Shown: positions 48,450 through 59,513 of the stretch, in pieces
Layout of the letters: every line of letters begins with the position of its first letter
Position numbering within the stretch: the stretch's first letter is position 1
Origin: Gammaproteobacteria bacterium
GTDB lineage: Bacteria; Pseudomonadota; Gammaproteobacteria; Pseudomonadales; JAUIET01
Assembly (NCBI GenBank): GCA_030431775.1
Contig: JAUIHW010000009.1
Span: 46,525 to 110,524 of the forward strand
Length of the DNA stretch: 64,000 nucleotides
Direction of reading: 5' to 3'
Notes under the pieces: model-generated
Told to the model about the DNA's origin: nothing
The model's input: the letters and a program-made list of their open reading frames with translations, nothing else
Databases searched by the model: none
Program-made: the position numbers and the translations under genes

Positions 48450-49904
48450 GTGCAGTTTCTTGTTAAGTATTCCCCTGAGCTGACCGTCAAAAGCCGCCCG
48501 GTGCGCCTGCGAATCTGCCAACGTCTGGTGCGCAACTTGCGCAGCCTGTTACGGCCGCTGGATGACCAGGTTTGGGTCAAAGCGCACTGGGACCACCTCT
48601 CCATTCGTATCCAGCCATCCAATACGGCGGAATGTATCCAGCGCCTGCGGCACTGTCCCGGCATCGCCTACAGCATGGAAGTGGCCGAATACCCGCTGGA
48701 TAATCTGGAAACCGTTTACTCGCAGATTGCCGACTATTATCTGCCGCAGCTTGCCAATAAGAGCTTTGCGGTGCGCTGTCGCCGTACCGGGCAGCATGAG
48801 TTCAAGTCCGGCGATGTGGAACGAACCATTGGTGGGTTTTTGCTGCGCGACGCGGACAATGCCAGGGTGCAATTGAAAAACCCGGATGTTACGGTGCGCC
48901 TGGATATTCGCGGGCAGAGCGTGTTGGCCACCCGTGAGTACATACCTGGTTGTGGCGGTTTTCCCAGCGGCAGCCTGGAGCCTGTCCTCAGCCTGATCTC
49001 CGGAGGGTTTGACTCCAGTGTGGCCAGTTATCTGGCCATGCGGCGTGGCCTGGAAGTGCACTTCCTGTTCTTCAGCCTCGGTGGGAAGGAGCACCGCCTG
49101 GCTGTGCAGGAAGTGGCGCTGTACCTGTGGATGAATTACGCGAGCACTCAGGAGGGGGTGCGGTTTGTTACCGTGCCGTTTGAGCCCGTGGTCGACGAAA
49201 TCCAGCGCAGTATTGAGGTGGGCTATACCGGTGTGGTGTTAAAGCGCCTGATGTTGCGCTGCGCGCAGATTGTCAGCGACCGGCTTGGAGCGAAAGCTCT
49301 GGTAACCGGGGAAGCGGTTGCCCAGGTGTCCAGCCAGACACTGCCGAACCTGACCGTTATTGATCAGGTCAGTGAGCAACTGATCTTCCGTCCCTTGGCG
49401 TTTATGGACAAGAAAGCGATTATTGATATTGCCCGCGAAATTGGTACCGAGGAGTTTTCCCGCCACATTCCTGAATACTGCGGTGCGGTGTCGCCGAAAC
49501 CAAAAACCCGAGCTCGCCTGGAACGGGTTGAAGCAGAAGAGCGAAATTTAGACTCCCGTGTGCTGGAAGCCGCCCTGGATGCGATGACCGTTAACAGCAT
49601 GCCTGAGCTGGCCGAACACAGCGCAGCCGAGGCCAGCGAGCCTGCCATAGTGGAGCAACTTCCGCCTGGTGGCGTGTTGCTGGACATTCGCCACCCCAGC
49701 GAGCGCGAGCGCGCACCTGTGGCGCATAATGGCGCCAATATACTGCACATTCCCTTCTATGAGTTGGCAAGCCGGCGGGGCGAGCTGGACCCGGCTCACC
49801 ACTACTATCTGTATTGCGACCAGGGGCTGATGAGCCGCCTGCACGCCAGTCATTTATGTGACGCGGGTCACACTAATGTGGCGGTTTACCGTCCGTCATC
49901 CTGA
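48450..49904 (+). CDS. thiI: tRNA 4-thiouridine synthase ThiI with C-terminal rhodanese domain
   Basis: GTG start. FLVKYSPELTVKSRPVR, THUMP region, PP-loop SGGFDS, rhodanese Cys near the C-terminus (YLYCDQG). Confidence 0.9.
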   Translation: MQFLVKYSPELTVKSRPVRLRICQRLVRNLRSLLRPLDDQVWVKAHWDHLSIRIQPSNTAECIQRLRHCPGIAYSMEVAEYPLDNLETVYSQIADYYLPQLANKSFAVRCRRTGQHEFKSGDVERTIGGFLLRDADNARVQLKNPDVTVRLDIRGQSVLATREYIPGCGGFPSGSLEPVLSLISGGFDSSVASYLAMRRGLEVHFLFFSLGGKEHRLAVQEVALYLWMNYASTQEGVRFVTVPFEPVVDEIQRSIEVGYTGVVLKRLMLRCAQIVSDRLGAKALVTGEAVAQVSSQTLPNLTVIDQVSEQLIFRPLAFMDKKAIIDIAREIGTEEFSRHIPEYCGAVSPKPKTRARLERVEAEERNLDSRVLEAALDAMTVNSMPELAEHSAAEASEPAIVEQLPPGGVLLDIRHPSERERAPVAHNGANILHIPFYELASRRGELDPAHHYYLYCDQGLMSRLHASHLCDAGHTNVAVYRPSS

Positions 49905-50031
49905 GCTCCAGCTTGCGCAGCCTGCTCTAGTCTTAAAAGAAGAAGTTTACAATGAGTGGGATTCCGCCATCGCAATGCACGGAAGCTGTGTTTTGTGGCG
50001 ATGCCCGATTAAGGCCGATTAAGAAACAGCG

Positions 50032-52275
50032 ATGCACCCCGCACTGAAAGCCAGATTACAAGCGGCAAATCTGAGCCTCGACAGCCTGCCCGCCAATGAG
50101 GCGGACTGGGCCAGTTTTGTGCACGGTTTAAGCGTTGACTTGCGAGCCGCTGACAATGAGCGTTATACCCTAGAGCGTGCGTTAGAGATTGCGGATGAAC
50201 GCTTGACCGCACGTCCGGCTGCCAACGATAGCCGGCCGGCTGAAACGCCGGCACCGGTCGATGCAAGGCTGGCACTTCTGGAACAGGCATTTCCTGACTG
50301 CCTGCTGGTGCTGAACAAAAACGGCGCAATTAAGGCGCATTACAATCTGAAATCATTCTTTGGCCTGATTCAGGAGCCACCGGCTGAAGTCACAATCTAT
50401 GATGTTTTTCAGGACTCGGCCGCCAGCCGTTTGGGCGAGAGCATTGCCAATGCCCTGCATGAAAAATGTGGCCGAACCATACGCTTTTCCCAGGGCCGAG
50501 GAAAGCAAGCCCGTTACTTTGAAGCTCGTATTAATCTGGTGGAAAGCCAGGTCGACCTGTGTTCGGTGCTGGTCCGTAACACGACGGCTAATGACAATGC
50601 CCTGGGGCATGATCGACTGATTAAAAGCCTGTTTGAAGCCTCCAGCGAAGGTATGCTGCTTCTGGACAAAGCGCAGGCTCCGGTGTTCTACAACAAAGCC
50701 TTTGCATCGATGTCGGGTTTGGCGGTGGAGGAAATCCACGAGGGCATGGAGTTTTATGGGCCGGGGGGCGATTCCAAAACAGCGGAAATCTGGCAGCATG
50801 TGTATTTCGCCCATACCTGGTGTGGCGAGGCCTATATCAGGCAGCCGGAAGGCGACAACCTGCCTATCTGGCTTGCGATTGACACTGTGCAGGACGCCGA
50901 CGAAGAGATCAGCCATTACCTGTTATTGATGCGTGACATCACCCAGCTGAAGCGTTCGCAGGAACATTTGGTGTACTACGCGACCCATGACCAGCTGACC
51001 GGCCTGCCTAACCGCGACCTGTTTCGCACACATCTTGAAGCCGCAATTGAGCGGGTCCAGCGAACCAACAAGACCGGCGCGGTGTTTTTCCTGGACCTGG
51101 ACAACTTCAAGGTCATCAATGACACCCTGGGCCATGCAGCCGGAGACGCTCTGCTGCTGGAAATCGCCGCGCGTTTGAAAAATACCTTCCGCAAAAGCGA
51201 GCTGATATCGCGAATTGGCGGAGATGAATTCACCCTGGTGCTGGAAAGTCTGGAAAGTACCGAGGAAGCTCAGCTGGTGGCTGAACGTTTATTGCAGGAA
51301 TTCGAAAAGCCCTTCACGCTGGAAGGCCAGGAATTTGAAGTGACCTGCAGTATGGGAATCAGCCTGTTCCCGGACGACGGGCAAACCAGTGAAAGTCTGG
51401 TCAAGCAGGCCGACACGGCCATGTATTCGGCCAAGGAAGATGGTAAGAACACTTACCGCTTCTACACCACCAAGCTGACCCAGAACGCCATGAAGAAATT
51501 CAATCTGGAAGTTCAGCTCCGCAAGGCGATTGAGCGCGATGAATTCTACCTGGCCTACCAGCCGCAATACGATATGCGCAGCGGCAAAATTTCCGGTGCC
51601 GAGGTGCTTCTGCGTTGGGAAAACGAAGCGCATGGGCCGATTTCACCAGCCGCGTTCATACCGCTGGCCGAGCGCACCGGGCAGATTGATGTGATCGGCC
51701 AGTGGGTGCTGGAAAGCGCCTGCCGACAGTTGTCGATCTGGAACAGTCGCAAGCCGGTGGATTGTGTTATTTCAGTAAACGTATCCCGCCGGCAATTGGT
51801 CAAGCCGGATTTTGTGGACACGGTGCAAGCGGTACTGGGCAAGTACTCAGTGCCGGGGTCCCAGCTGGAAATAGAAGTCACCGAAAGCGCAATAGCCAGC
51901 TCGGAGCAGTTAGCTATCAAAAACCTCAAGGCACTGCAGGAGCTGGGTTGTGAGATTGCCATTGATGATTTCGGTACCGGCTATTCATCGCTGGGCAATT
52001 TGAAAAACTTCCCGTTGAACCGGCTGAAGATCGACAAATCCTTTGTCAATGATCTTGGAGTGTCCCCGAATGCCGACTCCATTATCTCGGCTGTGATCGC
52101 GCTGGCGAAAAGCCTGCAGCTGGGTGTTATTGCCGAAGGGGTGGAGAACAAGCAACAGGTAGCAAAGCTGTTACAAAAGGGTTGCTACCAGGCCCAGGGC
52201 TATTATTTCAGCAAACCCTTGCCGGCGACAGATTTTCGGGCTCTGCTGGTTAACGAGCAGGCCAGTCGAAAGTAA
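50032..52275 (+). CDS. PAS/GGDEF/EAL c-di-GMP signalling protein
   Basis: RIGGDEF motif. EAL domain with EVLLRW, DDFGTGYSSL and KIDKSFV. Confidence 0.88.
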   Translation: MHPALKARLQAANLSLDSLPANEADWASFVHGLSVDLRAADNERYTLERALEIADERLTARPAANDSRPAETPAPVDARLALLEQAFPDCLLVLNKNGAIKAHYNLKSFFGLIQEPPAEVTIYDVFQDSAASRLGESIANALHEKCGRTIRFSQGRGKQARYFEARINLVESQVDLCSVLVRNTTANDNALGHDRLIKSLFEASSEGMLLLDKAQAPVFYNKAFASMSGLAVEEIHEGMEFYGPGGDSKTAEIWQHVYFAHTWCGEAYIRQPEGDNLPIWLAIDTVQDADEEISHYLLLMRDITQLKRSQEHLVYYATHDQLTGLPNRDLFRTHLEAAIERVQRTNKTGAVFFLDLDNFKVINDTLGHAAGDALLLEIAARLKNTFRKSELISRIGGDEFTLVLESLESTEEAQLVAERLLQEFEKPFTLEGQEFEVTCSMGISLFPDDGQTSESLVKQADTAMYSAKEDGKNTYRFYTTKLTQNAMKKFNLEVQLRKAIERDEFYLAYQPQYDMRSGKISGAEVLLRWENEAHGPISPAAFIPLAERTGQIDVIGQWVLESACRQLSIWNSRKPVDCVISVNVSRRQLVKPDFVDTVQAVLGKYSVPGSQLEIEVTESAIASSEQLAIKNLKALQELGCEIAIDDFGTGYSSLGNLKNFPLNRLKIDKSFVNDLGVSPNADSIISAVIALAKSLQLGVIAEGVENKQQVAKLLQKGCYQAQGYYFSKPLPATDFRALLVNEQASRK

Positions 52276-52325
52276 GCGCATTTTTACAGCCACTCCAGCT
52301 TGAGTGACAGTGCTGTGCGGGTATA

Positions 52326-54173
52326 ATGCGGCGCCCCCCGCCGCAGGCCTTACAATCAGTGAACCGTTCCCAGCTTCGCAATATTGCCATCATTGCCCAC
52401 GTCGACCATGGTAAAACCACGCTAGTGGACAAGTTGCTGGCACAGTCTGGCACACTGGATCGCAAAAACCTGTCGGCCGAACGCATCATGGATTCCAATG
52501 ATCAGGAACGTGAGCGCGGCATCACTATTCTGGCGAAGAATACCGCGTTGAACTGGCAGGGCCATCGCATCAATATCGTCGATACCCCCGGCCACGCCGA
52601 TTTTGGTGGTGAAGTGGAACGGGTACTTTCGATGGTTGACAGCGTGCTATTGCTGGTGGATGCGGTTGAAGGCCCGATGCCACAAACCCGCTTTGTTACC
52701 CAAAAGGCTTTTGAACAGGGTTTGCACCCCATTGTTGTGGTGAACAAGGTTGACCGGGATGGTGCGCGTCCGCATTGGGTGGTGGACCAGGTATTTGACT
52801 TGTTCGATCGCCTCGGCGCGAGCGATGAGCAACTGGATTTTCCGATTGTGTTTGCATCCGCGTTGAGCGGTATCGCCGGCATGGACCCAGAGGATATGGC
52901 CGCTGACATGCAGCCTTTGTTAGACCTGATTATCGAGCAGGTTTCGCCGCCAGAGGTCGACGAACATGGGCCGCTACAGATGCAGATCAGCGCACTGGAT
53001 TACAGCAGCTATGTAGGTGTTATCGGTGTCGGGCGGGTAAGTCGTGGACAGATAGAGCGCAACCAAACGGTGGTGGTCTGCGCGGCAAATGGTGAGCAAC
53101 GTACCGCCAAAGTGCTGAGTGTCATGAATTACCATGGTCTGGAGCGCCAGGAAGTCGAGAGCGCCAGCGCCGGCGATATCATCTGTGTGACTGGCATTGA
53201 TGGGCTGAATATATCCGACACGCTGTGCGCCGTTGACGCCATTGAGCCGCTGCCTGCCTTGACCGTTGATGAGCCTACGGTATCGATGACCTTTCAGGTC
53301 AACGATTCGCCGTTTGCCGGGCGCGAAGGTAAATATGTTACCAGCCGTAATATCAAAGAGCGCCTGGAGCGCGAACTGATTCACAATGTGGCCCTACGGG
53401 TAGAGCAGGGCGACAGCGCAGACAAGTTCATTGTGTCAGGGCGCGGCGAGTTGCATCTGGGAGTATTGATTGAAACCATGCGGCGCGAAGGCTACGAGCT
53501 CGGTGTGTCGCGCCCTTCAGTGATCCAGAAAGAAGTCGACGGAGTTATTCACGAGCCCTTCGAGCATTTACTGATTGATTGTGAGTCGGAACATCAGGGC
53601 GCACTGATGGAAGCGCTTGGCGAGCGGCGTGCCGAACTCAACAATATGGTGCCCGATGGCAAGGGGCGGGTCCGTCTGGAATTCACGATACCCGCGCGTG
53701 GCTTGATCGGTTTTCGCTCGCATTTTTTAACGCTCAGTTCCGGCAGCGGCATTATGACGCACGTGTTTGACCACTACGGGCCCTTGCAGGCAGGGCCAGT
53801 TGCCAAGCGCAATAATGGAGTGCTGGTTTCCATGGTGAATGGCAAAACCCTGGGTTATGCACTGTTCGCCCTGCAGGAACGAGGCCGCTTGTTTGTGCAG
53901 CCTGGTCTTGAGGTGTATGAGGGCATGATTGTTGGCCTGCACAGCCGGGGCAACGACCTGGTAGTCAACCCGACCAAAGCCAAGCAACTGACCAATATCC
54001 GGGCTGCCGGCAGTGATGAAAATATCAACCTGACGCCGCCCATCGTCTTCAGTCTGGAGCAGGCCATCGAGTTTATTGAAGACGATGAACTGGTTGAAAT
54101 TACTCCAACCTCTATTCGATTGCGTAAAAAACTGCTCAAAGAGCACGAGCGCAAGCGTGCCAGCCGGCAATAA
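52326..54173 (+). CDS. typA: translational GTPase TypA/BipA
   Basis: [34 protein letters not shown]. The start may be the GTG at 52359. Confidence 0.93.
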   Translation: MRRPPPQALQSVNRSQLRNIAIIAHVDHGKTTLVDKLLAQSGTLDRKNLSAERIMDSNDQERERGITILAKNTALNWQGHRINIVDTPGHADFGGEVERVLSMVDSVLLLVDAVEGPMPQTRFVTQKAFEQGLHPIVVVNKVDRDGARPHWVVDQVFDLFDRLGASDEQLDFPIVFASALSGIAGMDPEDMAADMQPLLDLIIEQVSPPEVDEHGPLQMQISALDYSSYVGVIGVGRVSRGQIERNQTVVVCAANGEQRTAKVLSVMNYHGLERQEVESASAGDIICVTGIDGLNISDTLCAVDAIEPLPALTVDEPTVSMTFQVNDSPFAGREGKYVTSRNIKERLERELIHNVALRVEQGDSADKFIVSGRGELHLGVLIETMRREGYELGVSRPSVIQKEVDGVIHEPFEHLLIDCESEHQGALMEALGERRAELNNMVPDGKGRVRLEFTIPARGLIGFRSHFLTLSSGSGIMTHVFDHYGPLQAGPVAKRNNGVLVSMVNGKTLGYALFALQERGRLFVQPGLEVYEGMIVGLHSRGNDLVVNPTKAKQLTNIRAAGSDENINLTPPIVFSLEQAIEFIEDDELVEITPTSIRLRKKLLKEHERKRASRQ

Positions 54174-54263
54174 GCGCATCCCGCTTGGTGTGCTTGTGCA
54201 TGGCAGGTTATGATTCGCGCTTCTGCAGGGACTGCAAGGGCATCAATAATAGGGGGCGGAACT

Positions 54264-55517
54264 ATGTCTAGAGCCGTAATCATCATGCTGGGCCTGATTC
54301 TTTTTGGCCTGCTGTGCTGGTGGTCGTTGGCGCACCATCGATTCCAGATTCAGGAAAATGTACAACTACGCGTGGAAAGTGCGCTGGAGGGAGCGGGCTA
54401 TGGCGGGCTGGCGGTTCGTGCTGATGGCCGTGATGTCAGTTTACTGGGCGAAGTCGAAACCGCTACTGAGCGGGTTACTCTGGCGGCCATGGTGGAAGAA
54501 CTGGCCAGTGTGCGTGTGGTGCACAACGAGATTAGTGTTGCCGGCGCAGAGCCTGTACCTGAACAGGAACCCGCACCTGAACAGGAACCCGCACCCGAAG
54601 CTGAGCCCACAACAGAGCCAGAGCCAGAACCCGACCGCGTGGAGGAGGTGGTTCAAGCGGAGGTGATGGCGCAATCTGAACCCGAACCCGAACCCGAACC
54701 CGAACCTGAACCTGAACCTGAACCTGAACCTGAACCTGAACCTGAACCTGAACCTGAACCTGAACCGCAGCTTACGCCCTATCGCTTTTCCGTGGCTGCG
54801 CGGGCTGATGGAATATATCTAACAGGTGCCGTCAGTTCTTCTGAAGAAGCCGGCTGGCTTGAGCAGCAAGCGCGCCTGGCGTACCCGGAGCGCAACATCA
54901 GCAATGAGCTGCAAACGAATGCTCAGGTGCTCGATGTTGCCAGTGCGCTGGCGCCGCGTGGGCTCGGCATGCTCAGCGAAACGGCTACTGGCACCATGGC
55001 GCTGGATCGGCGCGGCTTGCGCATTAATGGTCGGGTAAACTCGGCGGACGAGTTTTCCCGGTTGGAAGGTAAGTTGGCGGCCGCTCAGCGCGAGCATTCA
55101 GATGTTGCGATTACCAGTAATGTGGTGGTTGCCGAAGCGCTTGATGACGCCAGTTGCCAGAGCGAACTCAATCTGCTGATTGCCAGCGAAAAGATTCTGT
55201 TTGCCAACGAAAAAGCCGCGGTCAACCCGGACAGTTACCCGCTGCTGAACAATCTGGCGGGTGTGATATTGCGCTGTGGTGCACGCATTGAAGTGGCCGG
55301 GCATACGGATTCCTATGGTGACGATGCCTACAACCTGTGGTTAAGCGAACAACGTGCAACAGCGGTGCGAAACTTTCTAGTGGAACAAGGCGTAGCTGCC
55401 GATCAGCTAAGCGCCATTGGTTATGGAGAAACGCAACCAATCAGTGAAAACACTACGCGGGCTCAGCGTGCCAAAAATCGCCGCATTGAGTTTCGTGTGT
55501 TGAATGAAGAGGAATAA
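54264..55517 (+). CDS. OmpA-family protein with TM anchor, BON-like segment and Pro/Glu-rich linker
   Basis: C-terminal OmpA domain ([10 protein letters not shown]...[20 protein letters not shown]...NRRIEF). ATG at 54264 with a GGGGG Shine-Dalgarno sequence. Confidence 0.85.
   Translation: MSRAVIIMLGLILFGLLCWWSLAHHRFQIQENVQLRVESALEGAGYGGLAVRADGRDVSLLGEVETATERVTLAAMVEELASVRVVHNEISVAGAEPVPEQEPAPEQEPAPEAEPTTEPEPEPDRVEEVVQAEVMAQSEPEPEPEPEPEPEPEPEPEPEPEPEPEPEPQLTPYRFSVAARADGIYLTGAVSSSEEAGWLEQQARLAYPERNISNELQTNAQVLDVASALAPRGLGMLSETATGTMALDRRGLRINGRVNSADEFSRLEGKLAAAQREHSDVAITSNVVVAEALDDASCQSELNLLIASEKILFANEKAAVNPDSYPLLNNLAGVILRCGARIEVAGHTDSYGDDAYNLWLSEQRATAVRNFLVEQGVAADQLSAIGYGETQPISENTTRAQRAKNRRIEFRVLNEEE
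54678..54767 (+). repeat. hexanucleotide tandem repeat encoding (Glu-Pro)15
   Basis: GAACCC x4, then GAACCT x10, then GAACCG x1, in frame inside the OmpA-family gene. Confidence 0.95.
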
Positions 55518-55520
55518 GCA

Positions 55521-56543
55521 ATGATGTATTTGATCGGGCAGATTCTTTTTTGCCTGCTTCTGGCGTTTATTCTGGGCTGTGTCCTTGGCTGGATGGTGCG
55601 CAGCAGCGCGGCCAGGCAACGCGAGTCATTTCTTGAAGAGGATTTGCGGGTCAGCAGGGCGGCTCTGGAAGATACTGAAGTCGAGCTGAAGCGGGTAAAA
55701 GCCCGTGTCCACGAGGCTGAAGCCGAGCGGATGGAAGTTAGCGAACGCTGCATACAGCTGGAGAAAACGGGCGCCGAACAAAACGAAGAGCTGGATCGCT
55801 GTCGTGCGGAAATTGTTGAGCTGCATGAGTCGCTGACCGGAAAAGAGCAGCGCATCACCGTGCTTGAGAAGGAGTCGCGCTATTGGCAGAAGCAGGTGCC
55901 ACTGCTGCAGGCGGAAATCGGTAAGCAGGAGTCCAGCATTGAAAAACTGCAAAACGAATTAAAAAATAAAGGCGAGCGTTTGCCCGCGCTGGAAAGCGCG
56001 ATGACCGACAAAGAGGCCAGTTTGAGCGCCGTACAAGTGGAGCTTGAAAACCTGCGTCGCGAACACGCTGACCTGAGAGTCAGTGTGCAGGGCAAAGACA
56101 AGAAAATTCGCTCGACTGAATTATTGCTTGCCAGCCAAACCTCGAAAACCGAGTCGGCATTGCAGGCAAAATATAACGCCGAAGCCGAAGCCGAGCGCTT
56201 GCGGCAGGAATTGGCCGACCGGCGAGCAAATACCAGCGCGCCACCTGTGCAGACCGCTTTCGCTGACAATGTGCCCGATGACGATGGTACGGCCACGGAA
56301 AGCAAGTTGTTCAGCAGCCCGCCACAACAGCGTGACAACCTAAAACGGATTAAAGGGATTGGCCCGAAACTGGAGGGCATGCTGAACGAGTTGGGTATCT
56401 ACCAGTTTGAGCAAATAGCCGGCTTTACCCGCAAAGACCTGCAATGGGTTGATGATCATCTGTCGGCCTTTAAAGGGCGTGCTCAGCGTGACAACTGGGT
56501 GGCTCAGGCGCGCGAGCTGGCAGGACAGCTGACCGCGGTGTGA
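55521..56543 (+). CDS. membrane-anchored coiled-coil protein with C-terminal helix-hairpin-helix-like segment
   Basis: N-terminal TM helix, about 200 aa of heptad-rich sequence, LKRIKGIGPKLEGMLNELGIYQFEQIA near the C-terminus. Confidence 0.6.
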   Translation: MMYLIGQILFCLLLAFILGCVLGWMVRSSAARQRESFLEEDLRVSRAALEDTEVELKRVKARVHEAEAERMEVSERCIQLEKTGAEQNEELDRCRAEIVELHESLTGKEQRITVLEKESRYWQKQVPLLQAEIGKQESSIEKLQNELKNKGERLPALESAMTDKEASLSAVQVELENLRREHADLRVSVQGKDKKIRSTELLLASQTSKTESALQAKYNAEAEAERLRQELADRRANTSAPPVQTAFADNVPDDDGTATESKLFSSPPQQRDNLKRIKGIGPKLEGMLNELGIYQFEQIAGFTRKDLQWVDDHLSAFKGRAQRDNWVAQARELAGQLTAV

Positions 56544-56845
56544 GCGATGACCGCCGCCAGCGTATCTGGCAGGTCGTGGCCAGCATTCCGCCTGGAAAAG
56601 TGGCTACCTATGGGCAGGTGGCAAAATTAGCAGGTCTGGGCAATGGTGCTCGCATGGTCGGGCGGACCCTGGGCGATCTTCCTGAGGGCAGTAGTCTACC
56701 CTGGTTTCGGGTGATCAACTCTCAGGGGCGAATTTCCTTACCTGCGGGTTCGGCCTACGATCGCCAGCGTGACTGCCTGGCGGCCGAGGATGTCATTCTG
56801 GTTAATGGGCGGGTCAATCTTCGTCTTTACCAGTGGCAGCCCTAG
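56540..56845 (+). CDS. alkyltransferase-like (ATL/YbaZ) MGMT-family protein
   Basis: PPGKVATYGQVA... and PWFRV in place of the PCHRV active site. The Cys is replaced by Trp, as in ATL proteins. Confidence 0.75.
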   Translation: MSDDRRQRIWQVVASIPPGKVATYGQVAKLAGLGNGARMVGRTLGDLPEGSSLPWFRVINSQGRISLPAGSAYDRQRDCLAAEDVILVNGRVNLRLYQWQP

Positions 56846-57752
56846 GCCGCGATTGCCAATAATTCTCACAGTGGCCTTCCAGTAAAGGCAAACGTTGCTC
56901 GATCGCATGTACCATAAAGTCACGGAAGATCCGGATGCGCGCGGTGGTTCTCAGGTCGATGTGCGACAGCACCCATAAGCCGGGGCCTTTGGCTATGGGC
57001 AGGCCCGGAAAGCGCATAAGCCGGTGCGAATTGTCGCCCATGGCGCAGGGCAGTTGGGCAATTCCCAAGCCGTGTCGGGTCAGGTCGTATTGCACGTTGA
57101 GAGAGCTCACCCGATAGCGCTGGCGCAGCTTCGGAAAATGCTGCTGCATCCAGTCGGGTTTGGTTCGGCCGTCGCCCCGAAAAGCAATGCCGGACACGGC
57201 ACTTGGCTCAGCCAGGTAGCGCTCGTAGATTTCGGGGGTGCAATAAATACCCAAGGCAAAGTAACCTATGCGCGTCCCGACTACGTTAGGCGGTGGTGTG
57301 TCGGTGCCGCGAAATGCGATGTCGGCATCATGGCTGGCGAGGTCCAGCACTTCATCGCCCAGAATCAGTTCAATATCAATGTCCGGGTATTGCTCCATAA
57401 ATTCTTTTAAACCCGGGCCAATGGTGCGCTGCATAAAGCTGTCGATGGTGGTTACCCTTATGGTGCCGCTCAGCTCTTTGCGGTCGGCCGTCACCAGGCG
57501 ACTGATGGTCTGGGCTGAATCCCGCATTCGGTAAGCCTCAGGGAGAATGGTTTCACCCAATGGCGTTATCACCCAGCCGCTGTTTGAACGGTCAAATAAT
57601 GGTGCGCCAAGTTGGCTTTCCAGCGCGCTGATCCGGCGGGACACGGTAGTGTGGTTCACCCCCAGTGCTTTGGCCGCCGCGGTTACGGTCCCGGCCTCCA
57701 CAATGGCCAGACAGTAGCGCAGGTCGTTCCAGTCGATCAGGTGTGGCTGCAT
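56814..57752 (-). CDS. LysR family transcriptional regulator
   Basis: N-terminal wHTH LRYCLAIVEAGTVTAAAKALGVNHTTVSRRI. LysR substrate-binding domain. ATG at 57752. Confidence 0.85.
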   Translation of the reverse strand: MQPHLIDWNDLRYCLAIVEAGTVTAAAKALGVNHTTVSRRISALESQLGAPLFDRSNSGWVITPLGETILPEAYRMRDSAQTISRLVTADRKELSGTIRVTTIDSFMQRTIGPGLKEFMEQYPDIDIELILGDEVLDLASHDADIAFRGTDTPPPNVVGTRIGYFALGIYCTPEIYERYLAEPSAVSGIAFRGDGRTKPDWMQQHFPKLRQRYRVSSLNVQYDLTRHGLGIAQLPCAMGDNSHRLMRFPGLPIAKGPGLWVLSHIDLRTTARIRIFRDFMVHAIEQRLPLLEGHCENYWQSRPRAATGKDED

Positions 57753-57903
57753 GGCTGGTCTCCTTGGTATCGCTGGCTTGTGGCTCAAGTATGCCATCAA
57801 TTGTGCAAATACGCACCATTAAAATGCATAATGTCTTATTTACGATCATATGTGCACAATCTAATCTGTACTCGTTGTATAGAAACACTCAAGGAGTAAG
57901 CCA

Positions 57904-58191
57904 ATGAAAGCTTTAGCAATGATTCCTGCCACCGTTCTTTTGTCGGTACTGGCCCTGGCGCCCGCCGCCGCCGCTGATCGAAGCCTGCAGGCGATTGAGC
58001 AGTGCCGTGACATGGCCGCCGATGAATACCAGCTTGACCGCCAGAATGCGCGCTTCTGGCAAATGAGCCAGGCTGGTCGATATATTCGCGTGTGGCTTAA
58101 ACTGCGCACAGATGATGACGCTGATCGCGTGCGCGCCTTGTGCAAGGTGCATAAACTCCGGCCGGAAAATGCCTCGATAAAGACCTTGTAA
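57904..58191 (+). CDS. small secreted hypothetical protein
   Basis: Signal peptide ...LALAPAAAA. Divergent from the LysR gene. Confidence 0.45.
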   Translation: MKALAMIPATVLLSVLALAPAAAADRSLQAIEQCRDMAADEYQLDRQNARFWQMSQAGRYIRVWLKLRTDDDADRVRALCKVHKLRPENASIKTL

Positions 58192-58305
58192 ACCGTTTCG
58201 GCGTCGATTGCGTTATTGATAGGTTGCTGTTTTACCTGGCAACATCTTTTACTATAGGCCCACGCCAGCCCGTGGGCTGAATTCCCCAAGGTAGAGGAGA
58301 TATCA

Positions 58306-59484
58306 ATGCCGCTTGCGCAAGACGAAAAACGAAAAATAGCCGACAACATGCTGCAATCCATTGTTGATATGCAGCCAAAATTGCGAGAACGTGCGGCGCA
58401 GACCAAAGCTGACCGCCAGGTGGTTCAGGAAACCGTCGATGAACTGCAGGAGCTTGGTTTCTTCCTGGCGCTGCAGCCGGAACGCTGGGGTGGGTATGAG
58501 CTGGACCCACAGGACTTTTTCAAGATGTCCATGGCGTTGTCGGAAGGTTGTATGTCGTCGGCCTGGGCGTGCGGCATTATCGCCGTGCATGCCTTCCAGC
58601 TGGCCTTAATGCCCGACCAGGCCCAACAGGACGTCTGGGGTGACAGCATTCATACCCGAGTCAGCTCATCGTACGCGCCCATGGGTAAAGTGGAGCAAGT
58701 CGAAGGCGGCTACAACTTTTCCGGGCGCTGGGGCTGGTCGAGCGGCTCCGGGCATTGCACCTGGGTGTTACTGGGGGGCATTATCCCGGGCGAAGGCTAC
58801 CGAACCTTTTTGGTTCCCAAGGGCGATTACGTCATTGAAGACACCTGGCATGCCATGGGCCTTCAGGGTACTGGCAGCAACGATATTGTGATTGAAGGTT
58901 GTTTTGTACCGGAGCACCGAACTCACAAACAGATGGATGGCTTTTTGGTCAATACCAACCCGGGTCTTGCGGAAAACACAGCGCCGCTGTTTCGTATACC
59001 CTGGGCGCAGATCTTCGCCCGAACCGTGTGCACGCCAGCGATTGGTGCCTGTAAATCAGCGCTGGAACTGTATAAGCAGGGGGCTCTGGGCAAGGCCAGT
59101 GCGGACCCCACCAAATTGGCAGGCGATACCGCCACACAGGAGCGCATTGCCCAGGCGATCAATACCATCGATGAAATGGAAACCATGTTGCTGCGTAACT
59201 TCGATCGAATTATGGAATGCGTGAATGCCGGTGAGGACGTACCGCTTGCCGACCGCATCAAGTACCGCTACCAGGCGTCGCTGGTCATTGAAAAGTCAAT
59301 TGGGCTGATCGACAGCCTGTTTGAAGTGGCCGGCGGTCGTTCCGTATTCCTTGGCAGTGATATTCAGCAACGCTTTCTTGATATTCATACCGCCCGGGCG
59401 CACGTGGCCAATAACCCGGTTTCCTTTGCCCGTAATATGGGGGCGGTTGAATTAGGTATGGAGAATCAGGATCTGTTTGTGTAG
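58306..59484 (+). CDS. acyl-CoA dehydrogenase-fold flavin-dependent monooxygenase (HpaH/DszC-like)
   Basis: ACAD-type three-domain layout. [14 protein letters not shown] segment typical of group D flavin monooxygenases. Confidence 0.6.
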   Translation: MPLAQDEKRKIADNMLQSIVDMQPKLRERAAQTKADRQVVQETVDELQELGFFLALQPERWGGYELDPQDFFKMSMALSEGCMSSAWACGIIAVHAFQLALMPDQAQQDVWGDSIHTRVSSSYAPMGKVEQVEGGYNFSGRWGWSSGSGHCTWVLLGGIIPGEGYRTFLVPKGDYVIEDTWHAMGLQGTGSNDIVIEGCFVPEHRTHKQMDGFLVNTNPGLAENTAPLFRIPWAQIFARTVCTPAIGACKSALELYKQGALGKASADPTKLAGDTATQERIAQAINTIDEMETMLLRNFDRIMECVNAGEDVPLADRIKYRYQASLVIEKSIGLIDSLFEVAGGRSVFLGSDIQQRFLDIHTARAHVANNPVSFARNMGAVELGMENQDLFV

Positions 59485-59513
59485 AGTGGCCCCGCTCAAC
59501 AGAGCGGTGCCCG

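Noticed and set aside
54678-54767. Tandem repeat as a possible CRISPR array or minisatellite locus.
   Set aside because: The units are 6 bp with no spacers and are in frame within a coding gene. It is a coding microsatellite, not CRISPR. I saw no CRISPR-like repeat-spacer structure anywhere in the window.
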